Source: an uncultured Gammaproteobacteria bacterium | GTDB lineage: Bacteria; Patescibacteriota; Patescibacteriia; Patescibacteriales; UBA12465 | Direction of reading: 5' to 3' | DNA length: 64,000 bases | Assembly (NCBI GenBank): GCA_964616855.1 | Contig: CAZTUJ010000001.1 | Span: forward strand, 451,102 to 515,101 | Shown: one piece after another, positions 19,024-29,662 of the stretch | Layout of the letters: each line of letters begins with the position of its first letter | How positions within the stretch are numbered: position 1 is the first letter of the stretch | The notes under the pieces: generated by a model | Databases searched by the model: none | Seen by the model: only the letters and a program-made list of their open reading frames with translations | What the model was told of the DNA's origin: nothing | Translations under genes and position numbers: made by a program

Positions 19024-19911
19024 TTACTTAAAGTAGGCACGATCACCATAACGAAGGTCAATATACTCTAAGGCATTAAATTGCGCCTGATCTTGCTCTT
19101 GTTTTATAATCACCAACTTATTGAGTTGCTTGTCTAAATCCTCTTTTACATTAAAAAGGATATTAGGACCCGAAGCCAGGTCAGCTTTCAGGGTATTAAA
19201 GGCCCCCTCCAATAAGAAACGATTAACTTTAAGTTCCGGGTAAGACTTCATCTTTTCATAGAGGGCAAAAAGGGCGCGCAAATAAGCCTCATCGATTTCT
19301 AAACAATCTTTGTTGTCTAGATAGTCTAAGTCACTACTAGCCTCTAAAATGGCATAATTAGCTATGTCTGCCTCTGTTAACGAAGCTTCGGGCACTAAAC
19401 AACCACGACTATCGCTAAAGCTTTGTCCGCTCTTATCTCGCCAAATAAAGGCTAGACTGCGCTCACCGGCACTAATTACTAAAGTATGAGGCCAACGTTT
19501 ATAAACCCGTAAAGAATCAAAACTAAAATTTTCGCTCAAAGCGGCCGCTAGGGTCTCTTCTTGAAAAAATAAAAGATTACTCTGCTTAAAAAGAAAAGCC
19601 TGGCGACCTTGGCTCTGTTGCCAGGCAAAATCGGCCAGCTCAGCCTCAGGGATACGACTCACGCCTTCAATTTTTACCTGGCGCAAGGAAAAAAGCGGTG
19701 AAAAACAAAAAAGATATAAAAGAGCGGAAAAAATTAGAATTATAAAAAAGAAAACAAAATAGCGACGAAATTTGTTTTTAGAAACTCCGGGCTTTGCTTG
19801 CCGCTTATGAAAAAAAGGGTTATGCAGAGTTTTATGCTGATAATCTTTTTTTACACGTTTAAATTTTTTTGCCCTTCTTGCCAAATAAGGACTAGACTTC
19901 CCTTTCAACAT
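19024..19911 (-). CDS. ftsQ: Cell-division protein FtsQ/DivIB-like (POTRA)
   Basis: Basic N-terminus, single TM, then LRQVKIEGVSRIPEAEL typical of the FtsQ POTRA start. Confidence 0.55.
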   Translation of the reverse strand: MLKGKSSPYLARRAKKFKRVKKDYQHKTLHNPFFHKRQAKPGVSKNKFRRYFVFFFIILIFSALLYLFCFSPLFSLRQVKIEGVSRIPEAELADFAWQQSQGRQAFLFKQSNLLFFQEETLAAALSENFSFDSLRVYKRWPHTLVISAGERSLAFIWRDKSGQSFSDSRGCLVPEASLTEADIANYAILEASSDLDYLDNKDCLEIDEAYLRALFALYEKMKSYPELKVNRFLLEGAFNTLKADLASGPNILFNVKEDLDKQLNKLVIIKQEQDQAQFNALEYIDLRYGDRAYFK

Positions 19912-19926
19912 AAATTAAATACAAAG

Positions 19927-21093
19927 TCAAACAATATTTCTTCTAATATTAGCTTGTAATTTGACTAATAACTCATAAGGGATACTTCCCTGCAGCCGCG
20001 CTAAATTTTCCAAAGAGTTAAAATCTCCCCGCCGCGAAGAAATTAAGCAAACCTCTAAACCGGGGGAAATCAATTCTTCCCTGCCCATATCCAAACAACA
20101 AAGATTCATGCAGACCCGCCCAGCTAATTTAGCTTTAATTTTATTTTTACCTTTAATAACTTGAAACTCCGCCAAATTAGAAAGTCGTCGATCTAAACCT
20201 TCATAATAACCAAAAGGAATAACTGCTATTTGCGTAGCGACCGGAGCTTGATAAGTAGCATTGTAAGAGACAATTTCACCAGGATTAAGATTTTGCACAG
20301 AGACAATCGTACTCATTAAGCTTAAGGCCGGACGCAAAGATTGGGCCTCACTAAAGTAGGGGCTAATTTCGCTAAAAGGATTGTAGCCGTAAAGCGCTAA
20401 ACCGGGACGATAGGCGTTTAAACGCTTATCTTTAAGGGTAAAAATACCAGCACTATTGCCAAGGTGAACATATTTAGGAAAAATTCCTTGTTGATTTAAA
20501 AAATCTAAATCTTTGAAAAATGCTGCCGTCTGTTTCTGGTTAAGAACACCATCGCCTTCGGCCTCAGCCAGGTGAGAACAAAGGCCAACAATATTTAGAT
20601 GGGACCAATAATCAAGATTGTCCTGCCAGAAACTAGGCAAATTTTTAATTCCCTCCCGATTCATCCCAGAATTAACAAAAAGATGGATATTAGCTTTTAT
20701 TTTCAAAGCTGCTAAAACTTTAAGGGTCTCCTTATTATAAATACAAATTTCGGTACGCGACCAATTTAGATAACGATAAGCGGGGATGGGCATTTCTCCG
20801 ATTAATAAAACTTTACCACGAAAATAACGATAAGCCACTTGCGCCTCCGGGAAAGAATCAACCGCCACCATTTCTACCTTTGCCCGATTAAGAATCTGAC
20901 AAATTTCTTTCAAGCCGTGGCCGTAAGCGTTAGATTTTAAAACAGGAATAATTTTGGCTTCTGGTTGACGGCTTTGAAGAAATTGAAAATTATCTAAAAT
21001 CGCTTCAGCTTCTATTTCCAAGCGATTAAGAGTTGGGTAATTTGGTTTGCGCCAACGACGCAGATAAGAAATAAGCATCCTATTGGGCGACAA
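19927..21093 (-). CDS. alr: Alanine racemase
   Basis: PLP-lysine motif VLKSNAYGHGL; fold length about 380 aa. Confidence 0.8.
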   Translation of the reverse strand: MSPNRMLISYLRRWRKPNYPTLNRLEIEAEAILDNFQFLQSRQPEAKIIPVLKSNAYGHGLKEICQILNRAKVEMVAVDSFPEAQVAYRYFRGKVLLIGEMPIPAYRYLNWSRTEICIYNKETLKVLAALKIKANIHLFVNSGMNREGIKNLPSFWQDNLDYWSHLNIVGLCSHLAEAEGDGVLNQKQTAAFFKDLDFLNQQGIFPKYVHLGNSAGIFTLKDKRLNAYRPGLALYGYNPFSEISPYFSEAQSLRPALSLMSTIVSVQNLNPGEIVSYNATYQAPVATQIAVIPFGYYEGLDRRLSNLAEFQVIKGKNKIKAKLAGRVCMNLCCLDMGREELISPGLEVCLISSRRGDFNSLENLARLQGSIPYELLVKLQANIRRNIV

Positions 21094-22150
21094 CTTCGCC
21101 GTGATTACGATTAAGGCGGTCGTCAGGCAAAGAAGAGTCTAAATCACTTAAAGAGGACGAGATTTCTAGTCCTGTCCAGGTATCATCAACGTGATATTGC
21201 AAATCATACAACAGGGGCGCATTTTTACCGATTTGTTCTTCGCTAGGCATTAAAGTTAAGGCAAAATTGGCAATATAGTCGCCGCCAGCAGCGCTAAGAT
21301 TATCTACCTGCCAGATTAAGCGCCGAGACTGCTGATTATAAGAAAATTTACCAGCCAGAAGACTCTGTTCGTCGCTTAAAGAAACCCCTTCCGGTAAACG
21401 TGCACTAAAGACTAAATTTTCCAAAGCATTGCCTGAATTTAAGGCTTTTACTATCAGCCAATATTTAGTAGGGATACCCACTACCGGCGGTAAAGGACCA
21501 ATACCAAGTTGATCGCCTTGGGGGCTATGATAATAAATACCCGCTTTTATTTCTAAATCACTAGCAATCTTAATCTGGGGTAAAGATATTTCCTTTTCTT
21601 TTTTCTTTCCCGCAGAAGTAAGTTCAGCAATAAGCTTTAATTCTAAGTTTCGGGGAAAATCACTTTTTACCGTCAGCCAATCAAATTCTAGCTCTAGACT
21701 ACCTTGAGCTCCAGCTTTAATATCATTTAGAACTATCTGCCCCTGCTCTAAAACTGCCCTTTCACCAGTTACTTTTAAATTTTTAATTTGAAAGGCCGCG
21801 CTCGTAAAATCTAAAGAAAAAATAGCTTGATCAATATCTAAACTACCCTGATTATGATAATCAATTTTAATTATTAGCCTATCGTCTAATTTCACCACTG
21901 TTTTTTCGGGAGCAGCCTGAATATCTAGCTCCAGCTTATTACTCAAAATACCATCGGTACTGGTAGGGCCGGAATTTTGTAAATTAAGAATATCCAGCAC
22001 TACGGGATGATAAAGAGCCAGACGTAAAGAGACGCCAGCTAATAGTAATACCAAAATTACCAAAGAAGTATCTAAAGCCAGATGCCAACGATTGCGCCGG
22101 TAAAATCTTTCTCGGCGGCGATGCCACCAGTGAACAATTTTTTTATACAT
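21080..22150 (-). CDS. Membrane-anchored DUF11-like (conserved repeat domain) surface protein
   Basis: Basic N-terminus plus TM; beta-rich repeats; resembles the 60019..62049 protein. Confidence 0.4.
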   Translation of the reverse strand: MYKKIVHWWHRRRERFYRRNRWHLALDTSLVILVLLLAGVSLRLALYHPVVLDILNLQNSGPTSTDGILSNKLELDIQAAPEKTVVKLDDRLIIKIDYHNQGSLDIDQAIFSLDFTSAAFQIKNLKVTGERAVLEQGQIVLNDIKAGAQGSLELEFDWLTVKSDFPRNLELKLIAELTSAGKKKEKEISLPQIKIASDLEIKAGIYYHSPQGDQLGIGPLPPVVGIPTKYWLIVKALNSGNALENLVFSARLPEGVSLSDEQSLLAGKFSYNQQSRRLIWQVDNLSAAGGDYIANFALTLMPSEEQIGKNAPLLYDLQYHVDDTWTGLEISSSLSDLDSSLPDDRLNRNHGEVVAQ

Positions 22151-22167
22151 ATGCTTAGATGTTTAAA

Positions 22168-24168
22168 TTAAAAACCTTTAATACTCACAGAAACCTCCGC
22201 TTCCCCACTCTTATTGGAATAGCCAACGGTGATGCCCCCACGGAAGTCTTTATCATAAGCAAAAAAACTATTTAAAGAGAGGCCATCTTGATTAAAAATT
22301 CTCACCTGGGGACCGCCACCCGGACCAGCGCCGGTGATAACTTCCGCCTGACCATCAGCATTCATATCTCCGGCCGCAACGGTAACGCCGCCGCGAAAAT
22401 TTTTGTCATAGGCGAAAAACTGACCAACAAGTGAACCTTGATTATTAAAATAGCGAACATGGGGACCACCACCCTTACCGGCACCAGTCACAATCTCCGC
22501 TCGACCGTCGCCGTTAATATCTCCGGCGGCAACATTGACGCCACCCCGAAAATTTTTGTCATAGGCGAAAAAATTGAGCATCGCTTTGCCCTCAAAGCTA
22601 AAAACCCGTACTTGGGGGCCGCCGCCGGCGCCCGCACCAATAATAATTTCCGGTCTACTATCACCGTTGATATCACCAACGGCAATTGATGCCGAGCCTT
22701 TAAAACCAGGAGCAAAGGGCTGAACTGTCCAGATTATTTTTCCTCCCCGCTGGCGACTAAGTTTCCCTTCGTGGCTAAAAATATAATCTGTTTCTCCATC
22801 TAAAAAAGTATCGACTAAAACTTCACTGCCACTGGGCAAACTGCTGATATAAGAAAAGAAACCATTGCGAGCTTGCTGGCCGTCACTTTTAAAGATTCTT
22901 AAAAACCCACCGTTGGTAAAAACACTCCCCTGCCAAGCTGCTAATTTTTTTAAAAGAATAATTCCGTCTTTAGGTTCAATTTTCAAATAATTAATTTTTA
23001 AACCATTGTTAATATTAGGATCCTGTTTGCCTTTAATTTTTTCAAACTCCTCTTTGCTAAAAATAAAATTTTGGACCTTATCCGTAGAATTAACGATAGC
23101 TACGCCATTTTTAAAATCACGACGCCACAACCCTGCCCGCCAATCACTCTTGCCGCTATTAATAAGATTATAAGGAGCCGACTGAGCGCTACCGAGATCG
23201 AGATCATACTCATCATACCACCAAGTCTGACCGTGATTACTCACATCATAATCAAAACTGTAATAACCGTCGCCTAAAAGTGCGCTGGCAAAACCGTAAC
23301 GGAAACGACGGTAATTTTCCTGATTTTTTTCATAAATATTAATAATAGGAAGAGCGGGTCGAAGATTTAATTGAGCTAAACGTGAATATGAACTCATGGA
23401 TCCAGACCAAGTGCCACCGTTTTCCCAAGATGAAGGAAAATTTTCCAACATCATGCCATTTAACAGGGGCTGATAGGGCCAATGGATACGACCATTGCCG
23501 ACGATTAAGAAATCAGAGCCACACAATTCTTTAGTTAAACGTAAAATTTTACTTGTGCCTTCAATCCAGAGACTATTAGCCACTAAGATTGAGTCCTGCT
23601 GACCGTCGTTATTAAAATCAAGATTACCGCCATTAACCCAAGCCACATCGCCCCAGATGTTGTCATAAAAAACTCCGTCCCAAAGACCACTGGCCTGAAG
23701 ACGCTCATGAACGAATTGGGGCAAGAATTCATTAAACTTTTTACCATTAGCGTTACGAGGAGACTGCTCGCTTAAATTGAGCATCGAGGTAAAAGGCCAA
23801 TTAACCACCGGCCGACCATCTTTATCTTTTAAATACCAAGCAGAATCAATTTGAGCGGCTAACTCCTGACGCAACCAAGCATTACGATAATCTTCGGTAT
23901 TATCCATAATTTCCTGAGAAGTAATATAGGCTAAGATTTTTACTTCAGGATTAAGCCGACGAATTTTTTCAATTAATTCAGGATTATTTTCCTGATTTTC
24001 CATGTCTAAAATAATTAGATCCCACTGTGCTAACTCTTCCGCCTCTTGCTCGGTCATTTCCCATCTTAAAAAATAATTAGCTAAACGCGGATAAGAACCC
24101 TCCGCCCCGGCCACTTGCGGGATGAATAAAAATAAGAGGAAAATTAAGATCAGAAGATAAGGACGCAT
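22168..24168 (-). CDS. Secreted glycoside-hydrolase-like TIM-barrel domain fused to C-terminal FG-GAP/VCBS repeats
   Basis: Signal peptide; N-domain paralogous to 848..1873; about 3.5 repeats of GDINGDGRAEI..GAG.GGGP.VR.F...G....FFAYDKNFRGG. Confidence 0.55.
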   Translation of the reverse strand: MRPYLLILIFLLFLFIPQVAGAEGSYPRLANYFLRWEMTEQEAEELAQWDLIILDMENQENNPELIEKIRRLNPEVKILAYITSQEIMDNTEDYRNAWLRQELAAQIDSAWYLKDKDGRPVVNWPFTSMLNLSEQSPRNANGKKFNEFLPQFVHERLQASGLWDGVFYDNIWGDVAWVNGGNLDFNNDGQQDSILVANSLWIEGTSKILRLTKELCGSDFLIVGNGRIHWPYQPLLNGMMLENFPSSWENGGTWSGSMSSYSRLAQLNLRPALPIINIYEKNQENYRRFRYGFASALLGDGYYSFDYDVSNHGQTWWYDEYDLDLGSAQSAPYNLINSGKSDWRAGLWRRDFKNGVAIVNSTDKVQNFIFSKEEFEKIKGKQDPNINNGLKINYLKIEPKDGIILLKKLAAWQGSVFTNGGFLRIFKSDGQQARNGFFSYISSLPSGSEVLVDTFLDGETDYIFSHEGKLSRQRGGKIIWTVQPFAPGFKGSASIAVGDINGDSRPEIIIGAGAGGGPQVRVFSFEGKAMLNFFAYDKNFRGGVNVAAGDINGDGRAEIVTGAGKGGGPHVRYFNNQGSLVGQFFAYDKNFRGGVTVAAGDMNADGQAEVITGAGPGGGPQVRIFNQDGLSLNSFFAYDKDFRGGITVGYSNKSGEAEVSVSIKGF
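22180..22700. repeat. Intragenic tandem repeats of about 150 bp encoding FG-GAP units
   Basis: Recurring AAAATTTTTGTCATAGGCGAAAAA blocks at about 22250, 22400 and 22555. Confidence 0.6.
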
Positions 24169-24174
24169 GCAGAT

Positions 24175-25437
24175 TTAAAATTTAGTTTTATCAGGAAAAA
24201 TAAACTCCGGAGAACCAGGTAAATACGGCCTTAATACTTCAGGAATGCGCACGGAACCGTCCATCTGTTGATTCTGCTCCAAAATCGCCGGCAATAAGCG
24301 ACTAGTGGCCAAACCGGAAGCATTTAAAGTATGCACAAACATATTTTCCCCCTCTTTATTTTTAAAGCGAGTCTGACCGCGCCGAGCTTGATAGTCTAAA
24401 GCATTCGAAATACTGCTCACCTCCTTATAAATTCCCATGCTCGGTAACCAAACTTCTAAATCATAAGTTTTAGCCATAGCCGCGCTACAATCGCCAGCCG
24501 CCAGCTTGGAAACTTGATAGTGCAAACCTAATCCCTCCACTAATCCCTGGGCATTTTTTACCAACTCTTCAAACATCACCCAGGAATCCTCAGGACGACA
24601 GAAAATGAACATCTCCACCTTATTAAACTGATGCCCGCGGACCATTCCCCGCTCTTCTTGACGATAACTCCCGGCCTCTCGGCGAAAACAAGGTGAATAG
24701 GCAAAATATTTCAAGGGCAACTGTTCAAGGGGTAAAAGTTCTTCCCGGTGATAATTACCCAACATCATTTCACTCGTAGCATTAAGACAAAGCTTATCCT
24801 GAGTCCAAAAAAGATCATCTCGAAATTTAGGCAGATGCCCCGAAGTATAAGCTGACTTTTCGCTCAGTAAGAAAGGAGGGATTAAAAACTGATAATTATT
24901 TTTTGTGTGAAAAGAAATAAAGTAAGATAAAAGTGCCCATTCTAACAAAGCCCCCCAACCCCGATAACACCAAAAACCGCTACCCGACATTTTTACCGCT
25001 CTATCATAATCGATTACCCCGAGACTCTCGGCCATCTCTACATGATCTTTAAAAGGAAAAGAAAAAACTGGTTTCTCGCCAAAAGTATAAACCACTTCAT
25101 TATTTTCCTTGCCTCCCGCTACAACATCATCGGCAGGAATGTTAGGCAGCGCCGCTAAAGCTTCCTGCAAGTTATTTTCCAACTCTTGCAATTTAAGATC
25201 TAAAGACTTGATGCGCTCACCTAAAGCCTTCATGGCGCTAATGGTTTCTGGACTAGGCTTTGACTTAGAATTAAGGTTACGTTCTGCTTTCAAAACTTCC
25301 GCTTCTTTAATTACTTCCCGTCTCTGGTCATCAAGCGCGACAAGGCTTTCCAAGTCGAGTTTTTCTGCTTCCATTCTTTTTAATAAAGCCTGGCGCACGG
25401 GTTCCAAATTTTCACGGATGTATTTAATGTCTAGCAT
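24175..25437 (-). CDS. serS: Seryl-tRNA synthetase
   Basis: MLDIKYIRENLE N-terminus, coiled-coil arm, class II core; start placed at MLDIK. Confidence 0.9.
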   Translation of the reverse strand: MLDIKYIRENLEPVRQALLKRMEAEKLDLESLVALDDQRREVIKEAEVLKAERNLNSKSKPSPETISAMKALGERIKSLDLKLQELENNLQEALAALPNIPADDVVAGGKENNEVVYTFGEKPVFSFPFKDHVEMAESLGVIDYDRAVKMSGSGFWCYRGWGALLEWALLSYFISFHTKNNYQFLIPPFLLSEKSAYTSGHLPKFRDDLFWTQDKLCLNATSEMMLGNYHREELLPLEQLPLKYFAYSPCFRREAGSYRQEERGMVRGHQFNKVEMFIFCRPEDSWVMFEELVKNAQGLVEGLGLHYQVSKLAAGDCSAAMAKTYDLEVWLPSMGIYKEVSSISNALDYQARRGQTRFKNKEGENMFVHTLNASGLATSRLLPAILEQNQQMDGSVRIPEVLRPYLPGSPEFIFPDKTKF

Positions 25438-25465
25438 ATATTTTCTTGAATTTATAAATATTGAT

Positions 25466-27058
25466 TTAAACGGCTTCGCCGCCAAAACTCTCTAACAGAC
25501 TACCCAGAACTCCACTCGGCGGCGGCGTCTTTGGCTCTGGAGCCAAAGTGACAGGATTATTGCTCGCAGGTAAGGTAGCATCTAGTTCTAAATTCTCATC
25601 TAAAGAAGTATCGATGCTAAGCTGTCCACCAAAAACTTCAGCTAGCGTCGTTTCCATAATCGGACGAATGGAGGCATCAAGAATACGATCACGGTGAAAT
25701 TTATATTTAAAACGTAAAGACAGAACGCCGGCCGATAAAGCTTGGGGTAAACAATTTTGTAAAACGAAAGAAAGGGAGTGATTATACTTTTTAATTTTAA
25801 CCAAGACTTCTGGCCACCGCGCCGCCACTTCCGCAGCCTCTAAATCGGGGGCGCTGGCCGTAATTACACTAGAATTATTTTCTGTCTTAACCGGCGCAGA
25901 GGCAGAACTAGAGCGCAGCACCTTAGGAGTAGAAAAAGGCACGGGAGCAGAAGCTACAGCTAAATCCGGGAGCAAACAAAGCTCGACCACTGCTATTTCT
26001 AAAGGTAATTGGGGAATGCTGGCGGGTTTTTCTTGAGCTAAGTCTAAAAAACGACGCAAAGCCCGCAAACAAGCGGGTAAGGGAAATTCTTGAGCTAATT
26101 CACTAATCCTAATTTCCAACTGTTCGCCAAAATCTAAACCAAGTTTTTCCGCCAAGCCCGGCTGGGCCGACTGCAGCATAATCTTGCGCAACATTGTCAC
26201 TAATTCTTCTAAAAAATTCTTAAAACTGACGCCATTATCTGCTAATTGATTAGTAAGGGTCACGGCCGCCCCGGCGTTATGCTTAACAATATGCTCCAAC
26301 ATTTCCAAAGCTTCCTGATGATGATGACGCGGCAATACTAATTCCGCTTCCTCCACCCCAATTTTTTTTGCCCCTAAAGCTAAGACTTGTCCGAAAAGAC
26401 TTTCCGCGTCGCGCAGATAACCAGCGGACTGGCGAGCAACATCCTCTAAGACTTCCCGGCTAATTTCTATCTTCTCTTGAGCGGCAATAAAGCTTAACTT
26501 CTTAACAATCTCCGTCGGGCTAATACGCTTAAAATCAAAACGCTGACAGCGAGAGATAATCGTTGCCGGCACCTTATGAATCTCCGTGGTGCAAAGAATG
26601 AAAAGAACATGGCGAGGTGGCTCTTCAATTATTTTCAATAAAGCATTAAAAGCAGATAAAGAGAGCATGTGAACTTCATCGATGATAAAGACACGCATCT
26701 TGCCGCGGCTAGGGGCTAAACGAGCAGAAGAAATAACATTATCGCGCACATTATCTACGCCGGTATTAGAAGCGGCGTCAATTTCCATAACATCGAGAGA
26801 ATTGCCCTTTTTAATACTCTGACAATTACTGCACTCACCACAAGGTTCAGACTCACCGCTGACTCGTTTTTCACAATTAACTGCCTGGGCCAATACTCGC
26901 GCCATCGTCGTTTTACCGACCGCTCGCGGACCACAAAAAAGATAGGCTTGACCGAGCTTATCAGAAGCTAATTCATTTTGCAGAGTAATTTTCAAGTGAT
27001 TCTGTCCCAGGATATCAGCAAATTTCTGGGGGCGGTAATCACGATAGAGAGTAGGCAT
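25466..27058 (-). CDS. dnaX: DNA polymerase III subunit gamma/tau
   Basis: YRPQKFADILGQ...AYLFCGPRAVGKTT, Zn module CxxC...C..C, DEVHML. Confidence 0.9.
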   Translation of the reverse strand: MPTLYRDYRPQKFADILGQNHLKITLQNELASDKLGQAYLFCGPRAVGKTTMARVLAQAVNCEKRVSGESEPCGECSNCQSIKKGNSLDVMEIDAASNTGVDNVRDNVISSARLAPSRGKMRVFIIDEVHMLSLSAFNALLKIIEEPPRHVLFILCTTEIHKVPATIISRCQRFDFKRISPTEIVKKLSFIAAQEKIEISREVLEDVARQSAGYLRDAESLFGQVLALGAKKIGVEEAELVLPRHHHQEALEMLEHIVKHNAGAAVTLTNQLADNGVSFKNFLEELVTMLRKIMLQSAQPGLAEKLGLDFGEQLEIRISELAQEFPLPACLRALRRFLDLAQEKPASIPQLPLEIAVVELCLLPDLAVASAPVPFSTPKVLRSSSASAPVKTENNSSVITASAPDLEAAEVAARWPEVLVKIKKYNHSLSFVLQNCLPQALSAGVLSLRFKYKFHRDRILDASIRPIMETTLAEVFGGQLSIDTSLDENLELDATLPASNNPVTLAPEPKTPPPSGVLGSLLESFGGEAV

Positions 27059-27094
27059 AGGAAAAATTTTATCAAATATTAAAACGGAAAAAAT

Positions 27095-29659
27095 TTATAA
27101 AGAAGCGGGAGTAGGAGCGGAACTAGAGCGAGCAGAGCTAAAACTGGGAGCGGGCGTCTCCGTACGGCGAATAATTTCCGCTTCCACAATTTTGCGATCC
27201 TGCCCAAACTTCAAGCGACTTAAAGCCCTAATTTTTGGAGAGACTCCTTCCCTCTTAATCCCCACTAGCGGCCAGATGGTTTTCATGGAAAAAGGCCGAC
27301 TGGGGCTGTTATCAACTAAGAGTTTAATATAAGCGGTACCCTTGTCAATGTTAATCAAGTCATAGGCATTAAAAACCGGAGAAAACTCTTTAACCAGAAA
27401 CTCCGCATCTTCCGTACCGATTTTAAAAGTAATCATGGTACCGACGTTACCAAAAACCGCATCTTTAATTTCCGTATTATTATTCTTACTCAATTGACCA
27501 ATATACTGATGAGCAATAACTAAATTCAAGGCATACTTACGAGCTTCCGAAAGAATCTGACAAATGGAATTAGTGGTGAAATTTTGAAACTCATCAATAT
27601 AAAGATAAAAATCTTTGCGCTGATCGGCGGGCATATCTGTACGTGATAAAGCCGCCATCAAAATTTTACCCACTACAATCATACCAAGCAGATAAGCATT
27701 CATTTCCCCGACCACACCTTTGGGTAGATCAATTAAAAGAATTTTCTGTCGATCCATTAAGTCTCGAAAATTAAAAGAGCTTTTTTGCTGGCCAATAATA
27801 GGCCGCATCATATCATTGGAAATGAAAGCGGTGAGCTTAGAAGTGATATAAGGCACGATGTTAGCCAAAGCAGCGTCGCCGCCGGCTTTCTCCGCCTCTT
27901 TCTTCCAAAAATCAACCACGGTCCGATTATGACAACGGGAAAGCTTCATCCTACGGAAATTTTCATCCGATAAAACTTTCGGGATCTCCATAAGAGTCGA
28001 GCCGCTTTCCGGGTCCTCCATAATCAGAAGTAAGGCGTTACGCATATACTGTTCAAACATCGGCCCGCCGGTCTGCTTCAAATCATACAGCTTATCAAAG
28101 ATGCCAATCATTTCGTTAATGACAAAACTTTTTTGTTCAGGATAACGAGGATCATATTCCAAAAGATTGAGCGCTAAAGGTCTTTCTAAGTCAGCCGGGG
28201 AAAAGATAACAACGTCCTCCGCTCTTTCCGGGGGCATGCGTTGCAAAATATCTTCAATCAAATCGCCGTGAGGATCTAAGACACAAACGCCTTCGCCATT
28301 TTGAATATCCTGGATAGCCATATTGGCCAGCAAAACTGATTTACCGACACCAGATTTACCGATAACATAGGTGTGTCGACGGCGATCCTGGCGTTTAATG
28401 CGGATATCCTTTTTCACACCCCGGTAAACATTTTGACCGAGCATTAAGCCATCGGCAGGAACATCGGCAGGCGCGGGTGCATTTTTCGCCGTTAACCACA
28501 AAATATTCGGAGTCTCCATATGCTTTAAAGGCAAATGGAAAAGACTGGTCAATTCTTCTGTATTCAACAAAAAGTCATTATCTTCACGAAAACGACGATA
28601 GATAAAATCTTTGATTTGGCGCTCCTGCCCAGTTTTTATGGCTCTAGAAAAATTATTACCGTAACTATAATTATTATATTCTGTAAAAACGCTAGCAATA
28701 TTTTCTAAATAAGCGGCGGAACGCTCTTTAGTAGCACTAGAAACAATTAATCTTAAATTTACATCTAAACCTGCTCGTAGATTTTTTTCTTCAATCGATT
28801 TCAACATCTCTTCTTCCACCGCCGATAAACGCTTGGGGGCGTTAGCGGTAGGATTATTCTGATCTTTTTTAGCACTACTGTTGAATAAATCGCCAAAGAA
28901 AGTAAAAGCTTGGGAAATACTACCCCGACGAATCCCCTCTGTTACTGAATTTTTCTCTTGAATACGGCGAACAATGCGACGGACGCGCCGATGCCAAACA
29001 CCATAAGCACTACGAACGACATACTGTAAAGCCACGCTTTCCTCTTTTTCCAACTTAGACATGATGTTAATTAAGGAATTAAGCGGGTCAACCTCCATCT
29101 TCTGATAAGTACGTAAGGGCAAAACAAAACTTTTACGAGTTTTTAAAAAAGCGGCGGCAATTTGTCCGTTCATGCCAAAAACATTATAGTCTTCAATCTC
29201 CTCAATCACTGCCTCTGGATAATGAGCGGTGATTTGCTGTTCTAGATAACGGGCCAGATGCCGCGGCGCAGCGGCATAAAAAGCAATCTTATTGCGGCTA
29301 GCTACTATTTCAAAGGCAAAATGATCATTACGCCCCAAGAGCCAAGCGGTAAAGCCTCTTTGCGCTTTTAGACCGCCAATGCTAGCAAAGATAGTTTCAC
29401 CTTTAGCAATTTCTTCCCGCATCTGCTGCAAAGAAGTGTCTTTATTTTCATCTTTTGGCTTTTCTTTGGGTAAGCGGATAAGAAAAACTTGGTGATCAAA
29501 ATAGGCGTTATCAACAGAAAAGCGCCGTACAAAGAAACGAAAAGCAAAGACCAGCCCAACAAGAATAAGCAGGGCTGCTAAAAATATCAAAACCGCAAAA
29601 ACACCGGCGCCTAGATCGGTTTTGAAAAATGTTAAAAGATTAAGCCAGGCGGAAGACAT
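27095..29659 (-). CDS. Membrane-anchored P-loop NTPase of the TrwB/TraD/VirD4 coupling-protein (AAA_10/DUF87-like) type, with a roughly 400-aa N-terminal extension
   Basis: N-terminal TM; Walker A VIGKSGVGKS..VLDPHGD; Walker B YLYIDEFQNF; C-terminal NVGTMITFKIG..DAEFL region. Confidence 0.55.
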   Translation of the reverse strand: MSSAWLNLLTFFKTDLGAGVFAVLIFLAALLILVGLVFAFRFFVRRFSVDNAYFDHQVFLIRLPKEKPKDENKDTSLQQMREEIAKGETIFASIGGLKAQRGFTAWLLGRNDHFAFEIVASRNKIAFYAAAPRHLARYLEQQITAHYPEAVIEEIEDYNVFGMNGQIAAAFLKTRKSFVLPLRTYQKMEVDPLNSLINIMSKLEKEESVALQYVVRSAYGVWHRRVRRIVRRIQEKNSVTEGIRRGSISQAFTFFGDLFNSSAKKDQNNPTANAPKRLSAVEEEMLKSIEEKNLRAGLDVNLRLIVSSATKERSAAYLENIASVFTEYNNYSYGNNFSRAIKTGQERQIKDFIYRRFREDNDFLLNTEELTSLFHLPLKHMETPNILWLTAKNAPAPADVPADGLMLGQNVYRGVKKDIRIKRQDRRRHTYVIGKSGVGKSVLLANMAIQDIQNGEGVCVLDPHGDLIEDILQRMPPERAEDVVIFSPADLERPLALNLLEYDPRYPEQKSFVINEMIGIFDKLYDLKQTGGPMFEQYMRNALLLIMEDPESGSTLMEIPKVLSDENFRRMKLSRCHNRTVVDFWKKEAEKAGGDAALANIVPYITSKLTAFISNDMMRPIIGQQKSSFNFRDLMDRQKILLIDLPKGVVGEMNAYLLGMIVVGKILMAALSRTDMPADQRKDFYLYIDEFQNFTTNSICQILSEARKYALNLVIAHQYIGQLSKNNNTEIKDAVFGNVGTMITFKIGTEDAEFLVKEFSPVFNAYDLINIDKGTAYIKLLVDNSPSRPFSMKTIWPLVGIKREGVSPKIRALSRLKFGQDRKIVEAEIIRRTETPAPSFSSARSSSAPTPASL

Positions 29660-29662
29660 AAT

